A stretch of DNA of 64,000 nt, from NCBI RefSeq assembly GCF_009914755.1, contig NC_060935.1. One strand, written 5' to 3'. Shown here one piece after another: positions 52,838 to 64,000 of the stretch; position 1 is the stretch's first letter, and each line of letters starts with the position of its first letter. A model generated the notes under the pieces. It did not search any database. It saw only the letters and a list, made by a program, of their open reading frames with translations, and was not told where the DNA came from. Position numbers and translations under genes: made by a program. This stretch comes from the human T2T-CHM13v2.0 reference genome, Homo sapiens.

Positions 52838-55800
52838 GCATTCTATTCTTATTTTAAGACCTAGTCCAGGGGGAGGGACGAGACGGCTGATTAGAAGCAG
52901 CTGAGGTCCACAGCACTCACAAGTGAAATGAAAAGGGGCGAGTGAATTCAACACCTTTAACTGAAATATCCAGGTTCTCGCATTGTAACTGAATAGGCAA
53001 GCAGCTTGGACCCACCGAGGCAACAGCCCACCCAGGAGTGGCCTGGAGGCAAAGGAACCCGCACCCCAGCCAGGGGATGCTGTGAGTGATTCTGTGAGCC
53101 ACCAGCGAAGCCACGCTTCTCCTATGGATCTTTGCAACCTGAAGAACAGGATGCATGAGCCCACACCACCAGGATCCAATACACAGAGCTGAGTCTCTGC
53201 AAAACAACGGCTCAAGCGCACACAGAGACCCAGGAGCTTTGCGTACTGAGGCCCTGGATTCCTGCCAAAGCGGAAAATCCATCCATACACATCCCTAGGA
53301 AGGGGGCTGAATACAGGGAGCCAAGTAGTGTTGTTCTACGGACCCCAATTCCACGGCAGCTCACAAGTTAAGACCCACTGGCTTGGAATCCCAGCCAGCC
53401 AAGGCAGAGGGCTGAAGTCCATCCGAGTCAGGGACTGTGTTCCCGGAAGGAGGGCCAGCTGCCATCTCTGTGGTTTGAGGGAAACAGCCATTCTAGCTTG
53501 CCTGCTGTGGAGAGTCCAGATGGCCCAGAGAAGGAGGGGCACCCCATGGAACAGTGCAGTGGCCTTGCCAGATTGGGGCCAGACTGCTTCTCTAACTGGA
53601 CCCAACTCACTCCTCCTTACTGGGGAAGCGGGGCTGGAGGGGAGGGGGTTGGGGGAGGGCTGGGAGGGTCTTCAGTTCTGCAGACAAGAGATCTGATCTC
53701 TCCCTGGGAGGGAGCTCCCAAGGGGAGGGATGGTCTCTATCTCTGCAGTTCCCTAACCTCAGCCATTCCATCCTGCTGGCTGTGAAGAAAACAGGCAGTC
53801 CAGATGAAGAAGGGTCACTCCCAGCTCAACACACCTGCTCTATTAAGAAGCAACCGGACTGCTTCATTGGGTGGGTTCCTGAACCCATCCCTCCTGACAG
53901 GGTGAGATCTTCCAGCAGGGGATCCCGACCACCTCTACAGAAGAAGCCAAGGAGACTGGGGTCTGGAGCGGACCCCCAGAAAACAGCAGGAGTCCTACAG
54001 TAGAGTGGCCTGACTATTAAAACAAACAAACAGAAAACAGTATCAACAAGTGAAAGACCCCAGAAAAACCCCACTCAAAGATCAGCAACCTCAAAGATCA
54101 AAGGTAGATAAGCCCACAAAGAGAGAAAGAATAAACACAAAAATGCTGAAAACTCCAAAAGCCAGAGTGCCCCTCCTCCTACAAACGACCACAACACCTC
54201 TCCAGCAAGGGCACAGAACTGGGATGGGGCTGACATGGATGAATTGACAGAAATGGGCTTCAGAAGGTGGGTAATAACAAGTTGTACTGAGCTAAAGGAA
54301 CATGTTTTAACCCAAAATTGATCAGTTAGTAGAAAGTAAAACACTCCTCAGCAAATGCAAAATAACTGAAATCATAACAGTCTCTTAGACCACAATGCAA
54401 TCAAATTGGAACCAAGATTAAGAAATTTATTCAAAACCACACATCTACCTGGAAATTGAACAACCAGCTTCTGAATGACTCTTGGGTAAATAATGAAATT
54501 AAGGCAGAAATCAAGAAGTTCTTTGAAACTAATGAGAAAAAAAGACAACATACAAGAATCTCTGGGATGAAGATAAATCAGTGTTAAGAGGGAAGTTTAT
54601 AGCACTAAATGCCCACATCAAAAAGCTAGAAAGATCTCAAGTTGACAAACTAACATCTCAACTAAAAGAAACTAGAGAACCAAGAGCAAACAAACCCCAA
54701 AGCTAGCCTGCTTTGACAAGATATAACCAAGATCAGAGCCGAGCTGAATGAGATAGAGACACAGAAAACCCTTCCAGAAATCAATGAATCCAGGAGCTGG
54801 TTTTTTGGAAAAATAAAATAAAATAAAATAGACAGACTGCTAGCTAGGCTAAGAGAGAAGAATCAAATAAACACAATTGGAAATGATAAGGGGGATATCA
54901 CCACTGACCCCACAGAAATACAAACAAATATCAGAGATACTATAAACACCTCTATGTACCTAAACTAGAAAAATCTAGAAGAAACCAACAATTTCCTAGA
55001 TAAAGGCACCCTCCAAAAACCAGGAAAAAATTAAATTCCTGAATAGACAAATAATGTGTTCTGAAATTGAGGCAGTAATAAATAGCCTACCAACCAAAAA
55101 AAGCCCAGGACCAGACAGAATCACAGTTGAATTCTACCAGAGGTACAAGGAACAGTTGGTATGATTTCTACTAAAACTATTCCAAAAAATTGAAGAATGA
55201 CTCCTCCCTAACTCATTATATGAGGCCAGCATCATCCTGATACCAAAACCTGGCAGAGACACAACAAAAAAAGAAAACTTCAGGCCAATGTCCTTAATGA
55301 ACATTGATGTAAAAATCCTCAATAAAATACTGGCAAACCAAATCCAGCAGCACATCAAAAGTTTATCCATCGTGATCAAGCTGGCTTCATCCCCAGGATG
55401 CGAGTTTGGTTCGCCATATGCGGATCAATAAATGTGATTCATCACATAAACAGAACTAAAGACAAAAAACGCATAATTATCTCAATAGAGGCAGAAAAGG
55501 CCTTCAGTAAAATTCAACATCTCTTCATGTTTAAAAACTCTCAATAAACTAGATATTGAAGGGACATACCTAAAAATAATAAGAGCTATATATGACAAAC
55601 CCACAATCAATATCATATTGAATGGGAAAAAGCTGGAAGCATTCACCTTGAAAGCCAGCACAAGAGAAGGATGCCCTCTCTCACCACTCCTATTCAACAT
55701 AGTAATGGAAGTCCTGGCCAGGGCAATCAGATAAGAGGTAAAACGTATTCCAACAGGAAGATAGGAAGCCAAATTATCTTTGTTTGCAGATGACATGATC

Positions 55801-57196
55801 CTATATCCAGAAAACCCCATCATCTCAGCCCAAAAGCTTAAGCTGATAAGCAAGTTCATCACAGTCTTGGGATATATAATCAATGTGCAAAAATTGCTAG
55901 CATTCCTATAAACCAACAACAGGCAAGCAGAGAGCCAAATCATGAATGAACTCCTATTCACAATTACCACAAGAAGAATAAAATACCTAGGAATATGGCT
56001 AACAAGGGAAGTGAAGGACCTCTTCAACTAGAACCACAAACCACTGCTCAAAGAAATCAGACATTACAAACAAATGGAAAAACATTCCATACTCACGGAT
56101 AGGAAGAATTAATATTTTGAAAATGGGCATACTGCCCAAAGCAATTTATAGATTCAATGCTATTCCCATTAAACTACCATTGACCTTCTTCACAGTATTA
56201 GAAAAACCTATTTTAAAATTCATATGGAACGAAAAAAGAGCTTGAATACCCAAGGCAATCCTAAGCAAAAGGAACAAAGCTGGAGGCATCACACTACCCA
56301 ACTTCAAACTACACTACAAGGCTACAGTAACCAAAACAGCATTGTACTTGTACAAGAACAGACACATAGACCAATGGAACACAATACGGAACCCAGAAAT
56401 AAGACTGCACACCTACAACCATCTGATCTTAGACTCACCTGACAGAAACAAGCAATGGGGAAAGGATTCCTTCTTTAATAAATGGTGCTGGGAGAACTGG
56501 CTAGAACTGGCTGCCTTCCTTATGCCATATACAAAAATGAAATCAAGATGGATTAAAGACTTAAATGTATACCCAAAACAATAAAAACTCTAGAAGAAAA
56601 TCTAGGCAGTACCATTCAGAACATAGGCATGGGCAGCAGTTTCATGACAAAGACTCCAAAAGCAATAGCAACAAAAGCAAAAATTGACAAATGGGATCTA
56701 ACTAAACTAAAGAGCTTCTGCACAGCAAAAGAAACTATCAACAGAGTAAACAGACTACCTACAAAATGGAGGAAAATTTTTGCAATCTACCCATATGACA
56801 AAGGTCTAATATCCAGCATCTACAAGGAACTTAAACATATTTACAGGAAAACAACAAACAACCCCATTTAAAAAGTGGGCAAAGGACACGAAGAGACACT
56901 TCTCAAAAGAAGACATACATGTGACCAACAAACATATGAAAAAAGTTCAACATCACTGATCATTAGAGAAATGCAAATGAAAACCACAATTAGATACCAC
57001 CTCATACCAATCAGAATTGCTATTATTAAACTAACAAATTATTAAATGTTGGTGGGAGTGTACATTAGTTCAACCATTGTGGAAGACAGTGTAGTGATTC
57101 CTCAAAGACCTAGAGGCATAAATACCATTTGACCCAGCAATCCCATTACTGGTTATATACCCAGAGGAATATAAATCATTCTATTATAAGGATACA

Positions 57197-57493
57197 GCCA
57201 GGTGTTGTGGCTCACACCTGTAATCCCAGCACTTTGGGAGGCCGAGGTGGGTGGATCACCTGAGGTCAGGAGTTCGAGAGCAGCCTGGCCAACATGGAGA
57301 AACCCCGTCTCTACTAAAAATACAAAAGAATTAACTGGGTGTGGTGGCAAGCACCTGTAATCCCAGCTACTCAGGAAGCTGAGGCAGGAGAATCGCTTGA
57401 ACCTGGGAGGCAGAGGTTGCAGTGAGCCTAGTTCCCACCACTGCACTCCAGCCTAGGGGATGGAGCGAGACTGTGTCTCAAAAAGAAAAAAAA
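57197..57493 (+). mobile_element. AluSp-like inserted in L1 ORF2
   Basis: aacatggagaaacc; TSD aa(g/a)gataca at 57188-57196 / 57875-57883. Confidence 0.93.
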
Positions 57494-57863
57494 TCTTTTT
57501 TTTCATGTTTGTTTGGCTGTATAAATGTCTTCTTTTGAGAAGTGTTGAGTTCATATCCTTTGCAGGGACATGGATGAAGCTTGAAACCATCACTCTCAGC
57601 AAACTAACACAATAACAGAAAACCAAACACTGCATGTTATCCCTCATAAGTGGAGTTGAACAATGAGAACACCTGGACACAGGGAGGGGAACATCACACA
57701 CCGGGGCCTGCCGGGGGGTGGGAGGTTAGGGGAAGGATAGCATTAGGAAAAACACCTAATGTAGATGATGGGTTGACAGGTGCAGGAAACCACCATGGCA
57801 TGTGTGTACCTATGTAACAAGCCTGCAGGTTCTGCATATGTATCCCAGAACTTAAAGTATAAT
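57494..57863 (+). mobile_element. 5'-inverted L1PA7-like insertion in the Alu tail
   Basis: antisense ORF2 piece 57494-57546, then sense 3' UTR ending cccagaacttaaagtataat; TSD aaaagaaaaaaaa. Confidence 0.88.
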
Positions 57864-58540
57864 AAAAGAAAAAAAAAGATACATGCACACATATGTTCCT
57901 TGCAGCACTATTTACAGTAGGAAAGTCATGGAATCAACCTAAATGCCCATCAACAATAGACTGGATAAAGAAAATGTGGTACATGTAATACTATGTTGCC
58001 ATAAAAAGGAATGAGATCACATCCTTTGCAAGGACATGGATGGAGTTGGAAGCCACTATTCCCAGCAAACTAATGCAGGAACAGAAAACCAAACACCACA
58101 TGTTCTCACTTATAAGTAGGAACTGATTAATGAGAACACATGGACACAGGGAGGAGAATAACACACACTGGGGCTTGTTGGGGGTTGGTGATGGTAAGGG
58201 TAGAGAGAGCATAAGAAAGAATAGCTGATGGATACTGGGCTTAATACCTGGGTGATGGGTTGATCTGTGCAGTAAACCACCATGGCACATGTTTGCCTAT
58301 GTAACAAACCTGCACATCCTGCACATGTACCCCGGAACTTAAAATAAAAGTTGAGAAAAAGAAAAGGAAATTCAAGCTGAAAAAAAAATGTCTAGGGAAA
58401 GCAAAACAGCCAACTAAGGTAGTAAATGCCTCAGCAAAGCTTGATAATAGTAATACGAAAAATCTTGCATGTGTAATTTCATTTCATAAACCCCATCAGT
58501 AATGGCATGAATAAAGATTTCTTACCTGGAAAGAAAAAAA

Positions 58541-58840
58541 AAGACCTAGCCCAAGAATCATCACCTCTCTCACACTTTCCTATTCACTCCCAAGAAAAAT
58601 TAATTATACCCTGTTCTAAGTCTTATTCTACCTTATAACTTTAAAACATCATTGTAATTAACACACTGTATTGTCACTATTTATCTACATCTCTGCCTTC
58701 TCCGCTAGGCTCTGAGCTCCTAGAAATCAAAGCCCATAACCTGTTCATCTTTTTCTTTATTGTAAATAAAACAATTCTCTGCTAATGGTAGGTATTAAAT
58801 AATATTTATTGAATGAACAAATGAATGAATGAGTGAATGG
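58541..58840 (+). mobile_element. L2 3' end (continuation of the L2 at about 52450-52630)
   Basis: ctaggctctgagctcctaga...aataatatttattgaatgaacaaatgaatgaatga. Confidence 0.85.
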
Positions 58841-60029
58841 AATTAGCATTCATCTAGTCTTTCAAGACAGAAATATGAATCTTAGATTCCTCTCTGCTAT
58901 TCAGTTGCCACAGTAATAAAGTTCTACAGATTCCACCACTGTAGTATTTGTTTTAATAGTTTATTCCTCTCCTTCCCCATTGCAAACACATAAATTTGCT
59001 TCCACAGACTAGTGCCACCTTAACACCTTCTATGATACCACACAGTCTTCAGCAAAAAGGCTCAACACTCTATGATGCTACACAAAGCCGTTTCCACTCT
59101 GTCTACATGTTTCTAGGCCTCAGTTCTTATCATCACTACAAATACAGCCTAGAATACACCCACATGGAACTGCTCAGGCCTCCAAAATGGGTCATTACCT
59201 CTATCTTACCTCTGTGTTTTTGGATATATTTCTTCTTCCCTTCTTAGATATTTTTTCTTCTTCTCTGCCTAAATAGGTTCTACCTGCCATTAAAAAAAAA
59301 AAATCAGCTCAACTGTTTAGAGTCCCTGGAAAGGCTCAGCAAATTATCATCCTTCTGGCTTGGGCTAGGAGCATGGTCGTCTTCTGGCTTCCTATAACTC
59401 CCAGTGCGTCCTTCTAGGCTCAGGCCATTGCATCACTGATTTATCTGTCTGTCTTTCCCAGAAGACTAAGGAATTTTCCAAAGAAGAGATTCTAGAAGAG
59501 GTATACTAACACCTAGTATAAGCACACTGCATGTGATTCAACAACTCTATCAGTTGTATTGGTAATGTAACTTAAGACTTATCTTACATCAGTTTTTTAA
59601 AATTGTATTTAGTTTGAAGGATGTAAATATAGTTTTTCTTAATATTACCTGGAAAACATTTTAATGAAGGATACTTACATTGTAATGAAAGATGAAATTT
59701 GAGAATTAAAAATCAAGAGACATTTTATCATGAAAACATCTTGCAAGGGGATTTTTGCAGAATATACCTACAGAACTGAAGGCCTTTCATAATCAAAACA
59801 CAGTGCCAGACACAGGGGATCCAAAGATTATTTCTACCCTCAAGCAGTTGGCAGCTGAGTTTAATAATTAATTAAGAAATGAAATCATCAGTATTAATCA
59901 ATAGTGTTTAGGCACAAACATGATCAGTAGCAATTTTGCACTGCGACACAGAAGTTCAAACTCATGTGTTCTCCCTGCTTTTTTTCTAATTGTGAATTTT
60001 GCTTGATTAAAAAGATGACTCTGTAAGAG

Positions 60030-60300
60030 TCTTCAATTCACTTATTCATTCATTTAATAAATATTTCCTGACCATGTTCTACATAAGGCGCTTTGCCAAG
60101 CACAGATGGTATAAAAGAGAAATAAGACAAATACTTTTCCTTGGAGGCACTTTTAAGGAGAACAGATAAATATAATAAATGTGGTAAGCCTAAAAACAAC
60201 ATTAACTCTCCATGAAAATTATGAAAAGCTTCTCAGCTTCTCAGCATAACATTTAACTTGAGTTTTGAGGAAGAAGTTAGAGTTTACCAGAAATGTTATT
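60030..60300 (-). mobile_element. L2 fragment
   Basis: ttattcattcatttaataaatatttcctgacc. Confidence 0.7.
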
Positions 60301-60484
60301 ATTAGAGGAAAGGATAGTGTTTAACATGGAATTTGTTTTTACTGTGCACACTAATCAATATAAGCCTCTAGCCATGCATGCACAATTAACAACCAATTAA
60401 AGTGACAACTTTAGGGTGTTCTGGCATTTTCCTGAGTAGTATCTCTCAGATTATTTTCCCAGGCACTTGGATTTCTTTTAGTTT

Positions 60485-60950
60485 TCTTTTTTTTTTTAGT
60501 TGACAAATAATAATTGTATATATTTATAGGGAACAATGTGATGTTTTGATATATGTATACATTGTATGAAGATTAAATGAAGTTAATTAACATCCATAAC
60601 CTCACCTACTTGCCTTTTTAATTTATTTTAATTGACAAAAATCATATATATTTATCACGTATGTTTTGAAATATGTATACATAGAGGAAAGGCTAAATCG
60701 AGCTAATTAATGTGTGCGTTACCTATTTTCAGGAATACAATATGTTATTAACTATATTCACCATGTTGTGCAATAGATCTCTTAAACTGATTCCTTTGAT
60801 TTAACTGAAATTTTGTATGCTTTAACCGACATCTCCTCAACCACCCTCTCATTCCCCCAGTAACCACCATTCTACTCTCTACTTCTATGAGTTCAAATTT
60901 TTTAGATTTCACACACAAGCAAAATCATGCAGCATTTGTCATTCTGTAAG
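60485..60950 (-). mobile_element. Two tandem L1MA 3' ends
   Basis: ttgacaaa...tatatatttat...gttttga.atatgtatacat occurs twice (about 60500 and 60630). Confidence 0.85.
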
Positions 60951-61571
60951 GCACTTGAATTTAAAGAAAAGTTCTCTCAATATAGACTCCTCAGGAGTGC
61001 TAAATGACAAATTATTCATTTTCTCTATTTTACATATATTAACTAAAGGATTTTTAACAAACCATTTATAAGTACATGTGTAGAAAACACTCAACAAACT
61101 ATATTTTTCTATGCCATAAAGTCTTTGACTTGAGAACAATTCTACTGTCGCCAGATTTTGCAAACATGGGCTTTCCAATGCCTTTAAAACATTCATGAAG
61201 GAGAAAAAGTTTTGCAACACTTTCAAAAAGTAGAAGACGTTTTGGTGAAGAGTTGGTCAATGCATTTTAAATTCCTAGCTAGGATGAAGGAGGAAGACTC
61301 ATGTAATATACCAATTTTGGTTATTTTTTTCTTCTTAAATTTGATTTTTCTAATTATAAATATAGCAGTCACATTGTGGAAAATTGGGAAAATACAGAAA
61401 AATAATGATCATAATGGCTGTAATTTACTGAACACTTTCCCTGTGCCCAGCATTATGCTTTACATACATTATCTCATATAATATTCATCACCACCCAGTT
61501 AGATGTGTATTATAATTATCTTCATTTTTACAGAAAAGGAAAAAGGACTTAAAGTGACGTACAGACACCAG

Positions 61572-62605
61572 TGAAGGATGGAGCATCTTAATGGCAGAAC
61601 TGATCAAGTTGAAGAAATAACCAGTAAGCTCAAAAACATTACTAAAAAATACACAGAGGAGAAAAAAGAAAATGAAAAGGAGCAAAGGACACTTTCTTCC
61701 TTGGTACAGCTTCAAAAGAGCAAATGAAAGAGTTATTGGCCTTCAAGAGAGAGTAAAGAAAGAGAGAGGAATACAAAGGCTATTCAAAGAAATAACAGAC
61801 CACTTTCGAAACATAGAGAAAGACATAAATATCCAGGTACAAGAAGGTCAAAGATCACCAAGAAGATTTAACCCAAGTGAGACTACCTTAAGGCATATAA
61901 TAACCAAAATCTCAAAGGTGAAGGGCAAAGAGAGTGTCTAAAAACAGCAAGAGAAAAGAAGCAAATAACATATAAAGCAGCTCCAATACATCTAGCTGCA
62001 GACTTCTCATTGGAAACCTTATAGGACAGAAGGGAGTGGGATGACATATTCAAAGTGCTGAAGAAAAAACTGTTCACCAGGAATACTGTGTACAACAAAT
62101 CTATCCTTTAATAATGAAAGAGAAATACAGACAAATAAAAGCTGAGACATTTATCACCATTTTATAAAATGGGTCACCAGACCCATCTTACGAGAAATGC
62201 TGAAGGGAGTTCTTCCATCTGAAAGAAAAGGATGTTCACATGCAACAAGAAAACTTCTGAAGATACAAAACTCACTGATTAAAGTATATAGTATAAAGTA
62301 TATAGACAAATTCAGAATACTCTAATACTGTAAGTGTGGTGTGCAAACTGCTTATATCTTTAGTATGCAGACTAGAAGACAAAACTATTTAAAATAATAA
62401 TAACTACAACAATTTGTTGAGATAGGCAATATAAAAATATATAAATTGAGACATCCAAAAGTAAAAATGTAGGGAATCTGGAGTTAAAGTGTAGGGTTTT
62501 TTAGAGTTTGTTTCTTTCTTTTATTCTTTGTGGTCAAAGTTAAGTTGTCCTTGGTTTAAAATAACTTGTAACTATAAAAAGTTTTTGTAAGCTTCGTGAG
62601 ACAAC
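61572..62605 (+). mobile_element. L1M (L1MA-type) ORF1 / inter-ORF fragment inside a MIR
   Basis: ORF1-like peptide RVIGLQE...LFKEI..HFRNIEKDINIQVQEGQRSP.RFNP; gcagacttctcattggaaaccttatagg. Confidence 0.85.
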
Positions 62606-62699
62606 AGAGAAGGGTAACACAAGATTTCGAACAGAATGTCTGATTCCAAAGACTTCAAACTTAATCATCTTCCACAAGGCTACCACCACTCCATCTAAT

Positions 62700-63330
62700 T
62701 GCATATTTTCTTTCTTTGCTTAATCAATTTATTAGCTTAATCGTTTAAATGTTTCACTGTGAATTTGTGCTAGGCACTATACTAGGTGCTGGAGAATACA
62801 GGGTTAAGTAAAACGACCCAGTCTCTGCCATCCCATCTGCATTCTAATGGAAATAGTAGATGTTGCACAACTAATTACGAATGTGATGAGTATAACAAAG
62901 GAAAAGTGTGAAGTGGTTTGGGAGCTTATAATAAAGGGGCCAAATCTAATCTGGTGGATTACAGGCTTCCCCAAGCCACCTATCTATGCATTGTTTACAC
63001 ATAATTAAGTCACACTGTTTTTGTAATTTTATATGTTGCTTTGGTCATATAACTCTATATCCTGAGCATTTACTGAGTAATTAAATGTTATTTGTTTCAA
63101 CTGCCTACATAATATTTAGACATGGGAATGCATTCATTTATTTCACCATTTTATATTATTAGATATTTTACTACTTTCCCATTTTTCTTTATTATAGTCA
63201 ACAATACAGTCAATATTATTGTGCATAAATCTCTTTATATATGTTAAATAATTTTTCATGGGGAAAGTATCCCCAAATTTGAAGGTTTCGGATACTTAGA
63301 GTATTGTAGAATTTTAAATGTACATTTGCT
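62700..63330 (-). mobile_element. L2 fragment followed by an L1ME relic
   Basis: gtgctaggcactatactaggtgctggagaataca; tttcccatttttcttattatag. Confidence 0.65.
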
Positions 63331-63659
63331 AAATGGATGAATGTATAAATGAATGGGGAAAAAAAGCATATTATCACCATTTCAATTTGAAAGAGATTTG
63401 TGGCCATTCTGAGGAAGGGAAATGTATCTCTATATAGTTCTTGTTATGACTCAAGTCCGAAGTGTCATTATTGACAGCAAAAAATTAAAAAGCGTTGGCA
63501 CCTTCACCAATTACACTTCTATGTGTAGTTTTGTACAGAATCACATTTCATTATTAGCATAAAACAAGACCGTCTTCCTCAATGCCTACCACCAAAACTC
63601 TGAGTGCCACCCAGTCACCAATAGGGGATTCTACTTGTGAATTTCATGCATGCTGTCTG

Positions 63660-63920
63660 TTATCCCCACTAAGGGATAAGAGCTCTGGAGACCAGCTATG
63701 TGACCATGTACACTTTTCTTAACTCCTTAGGTTCTAACTTCCTTATTTAGAAAATTAGGAATAAAATCTCTGGCTTTGTGACTATTAAGAATATTAAAAG
63801 ATAAAAGAGGGATGATATACATGTGCTGCACACCAACAGTGTATGAACTGTGTAAGGGCCTTCATTATATATAATGCCTACCAGTGGTGACTCAAGTAGC
63901 ATTCAGACTATTTGTTAAGA
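63660..63920 (+). mobile_element. MIR SINE
   Basis: accagctatgtgacc...ttccttatttagaaaattaggaataa. Confidence 0.6.
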
Positions 63921-64000
63921 AAGAAAAAATGTGGGGAGAAGGGATCAGGGAATAAGTGGATGATAGCTAAAGAAAATAGGTCTTCTTTTTGAGGTGATAA

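Larger units (their letters stand above)
52869..58370 (+). mobile_element. Near-full-length L1PA10/11-like element with 5' UTR and internal ORF1-ORF2 deletion; inactive
   Basis: GGGGGAGG start and L1P 5' UTR; RT motif tttgcagatgacatg (FADDM, about 55783); ORF2 peptides [13 protein letters not shown]; 3' UTR ...accccggaacttaaaataaaagttg; many stops. Confidence 0.95.

Noticed and set aside
52793-54074. Cluster of overlapping 60-165-aa ORFs in a GC-richer zone
   Set aside because: It lies in the L1 5' UTR, whose GC content explains the ORF density. No recognisable domain.

Overview
Primate (most likely human) non-coding DNA, intronic or intergenic and AT-rich. It is dominated by interspersed repeats: about 11 Alus; several L1s (a near-full-length L1PA10/11-like copy at 52.9-58.5 kb, an L1PA15/16-like 3' fragment at 6.6-8.35 kb, an antisense L1PB at 44.8-47.3 kb, and many L1M relics); MaLR/ERV LTRs (MST, nested THE1C/THE1A, MLT1, MLT2A1, MER57-like); DNA-transposon relics (MER45, Tigger15a-like, MER5A, MER8); and many MIR/L2/L3 fossils. 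I cannot support any protein-coding gene, structural RNA gene or CRISPR array: ORF-track entries are L1/Alu-derived or chance ORFs. I found no convincing novel multi-gene system. The best second-look items are (i) two L1 insertions whose target-site duplications (TSDs) enclose extra polyadenylated sequence, i.e. apparent 3' transductions; (ii) an Alu and an L1 inserted back-to-back at one TT|AA step; (iii) a three-level L1>Alu>5'-inverted-L1 nest; (iv) antisense THE1-in-THE1 nesting with an intact DUX4 motif; (v) several non-TE inverted repeats, including a 34-bp pre-miRNA-like hairpin and a 70-bp inverted duplication; and (vi) a TATA-ATG-splice-donor unit that could be an unannotated first exon. 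Subfamily names come from recalled consensus sequences and need RepeatMasker/Dfam confirmation. Boundaries of old repeats are approximate.
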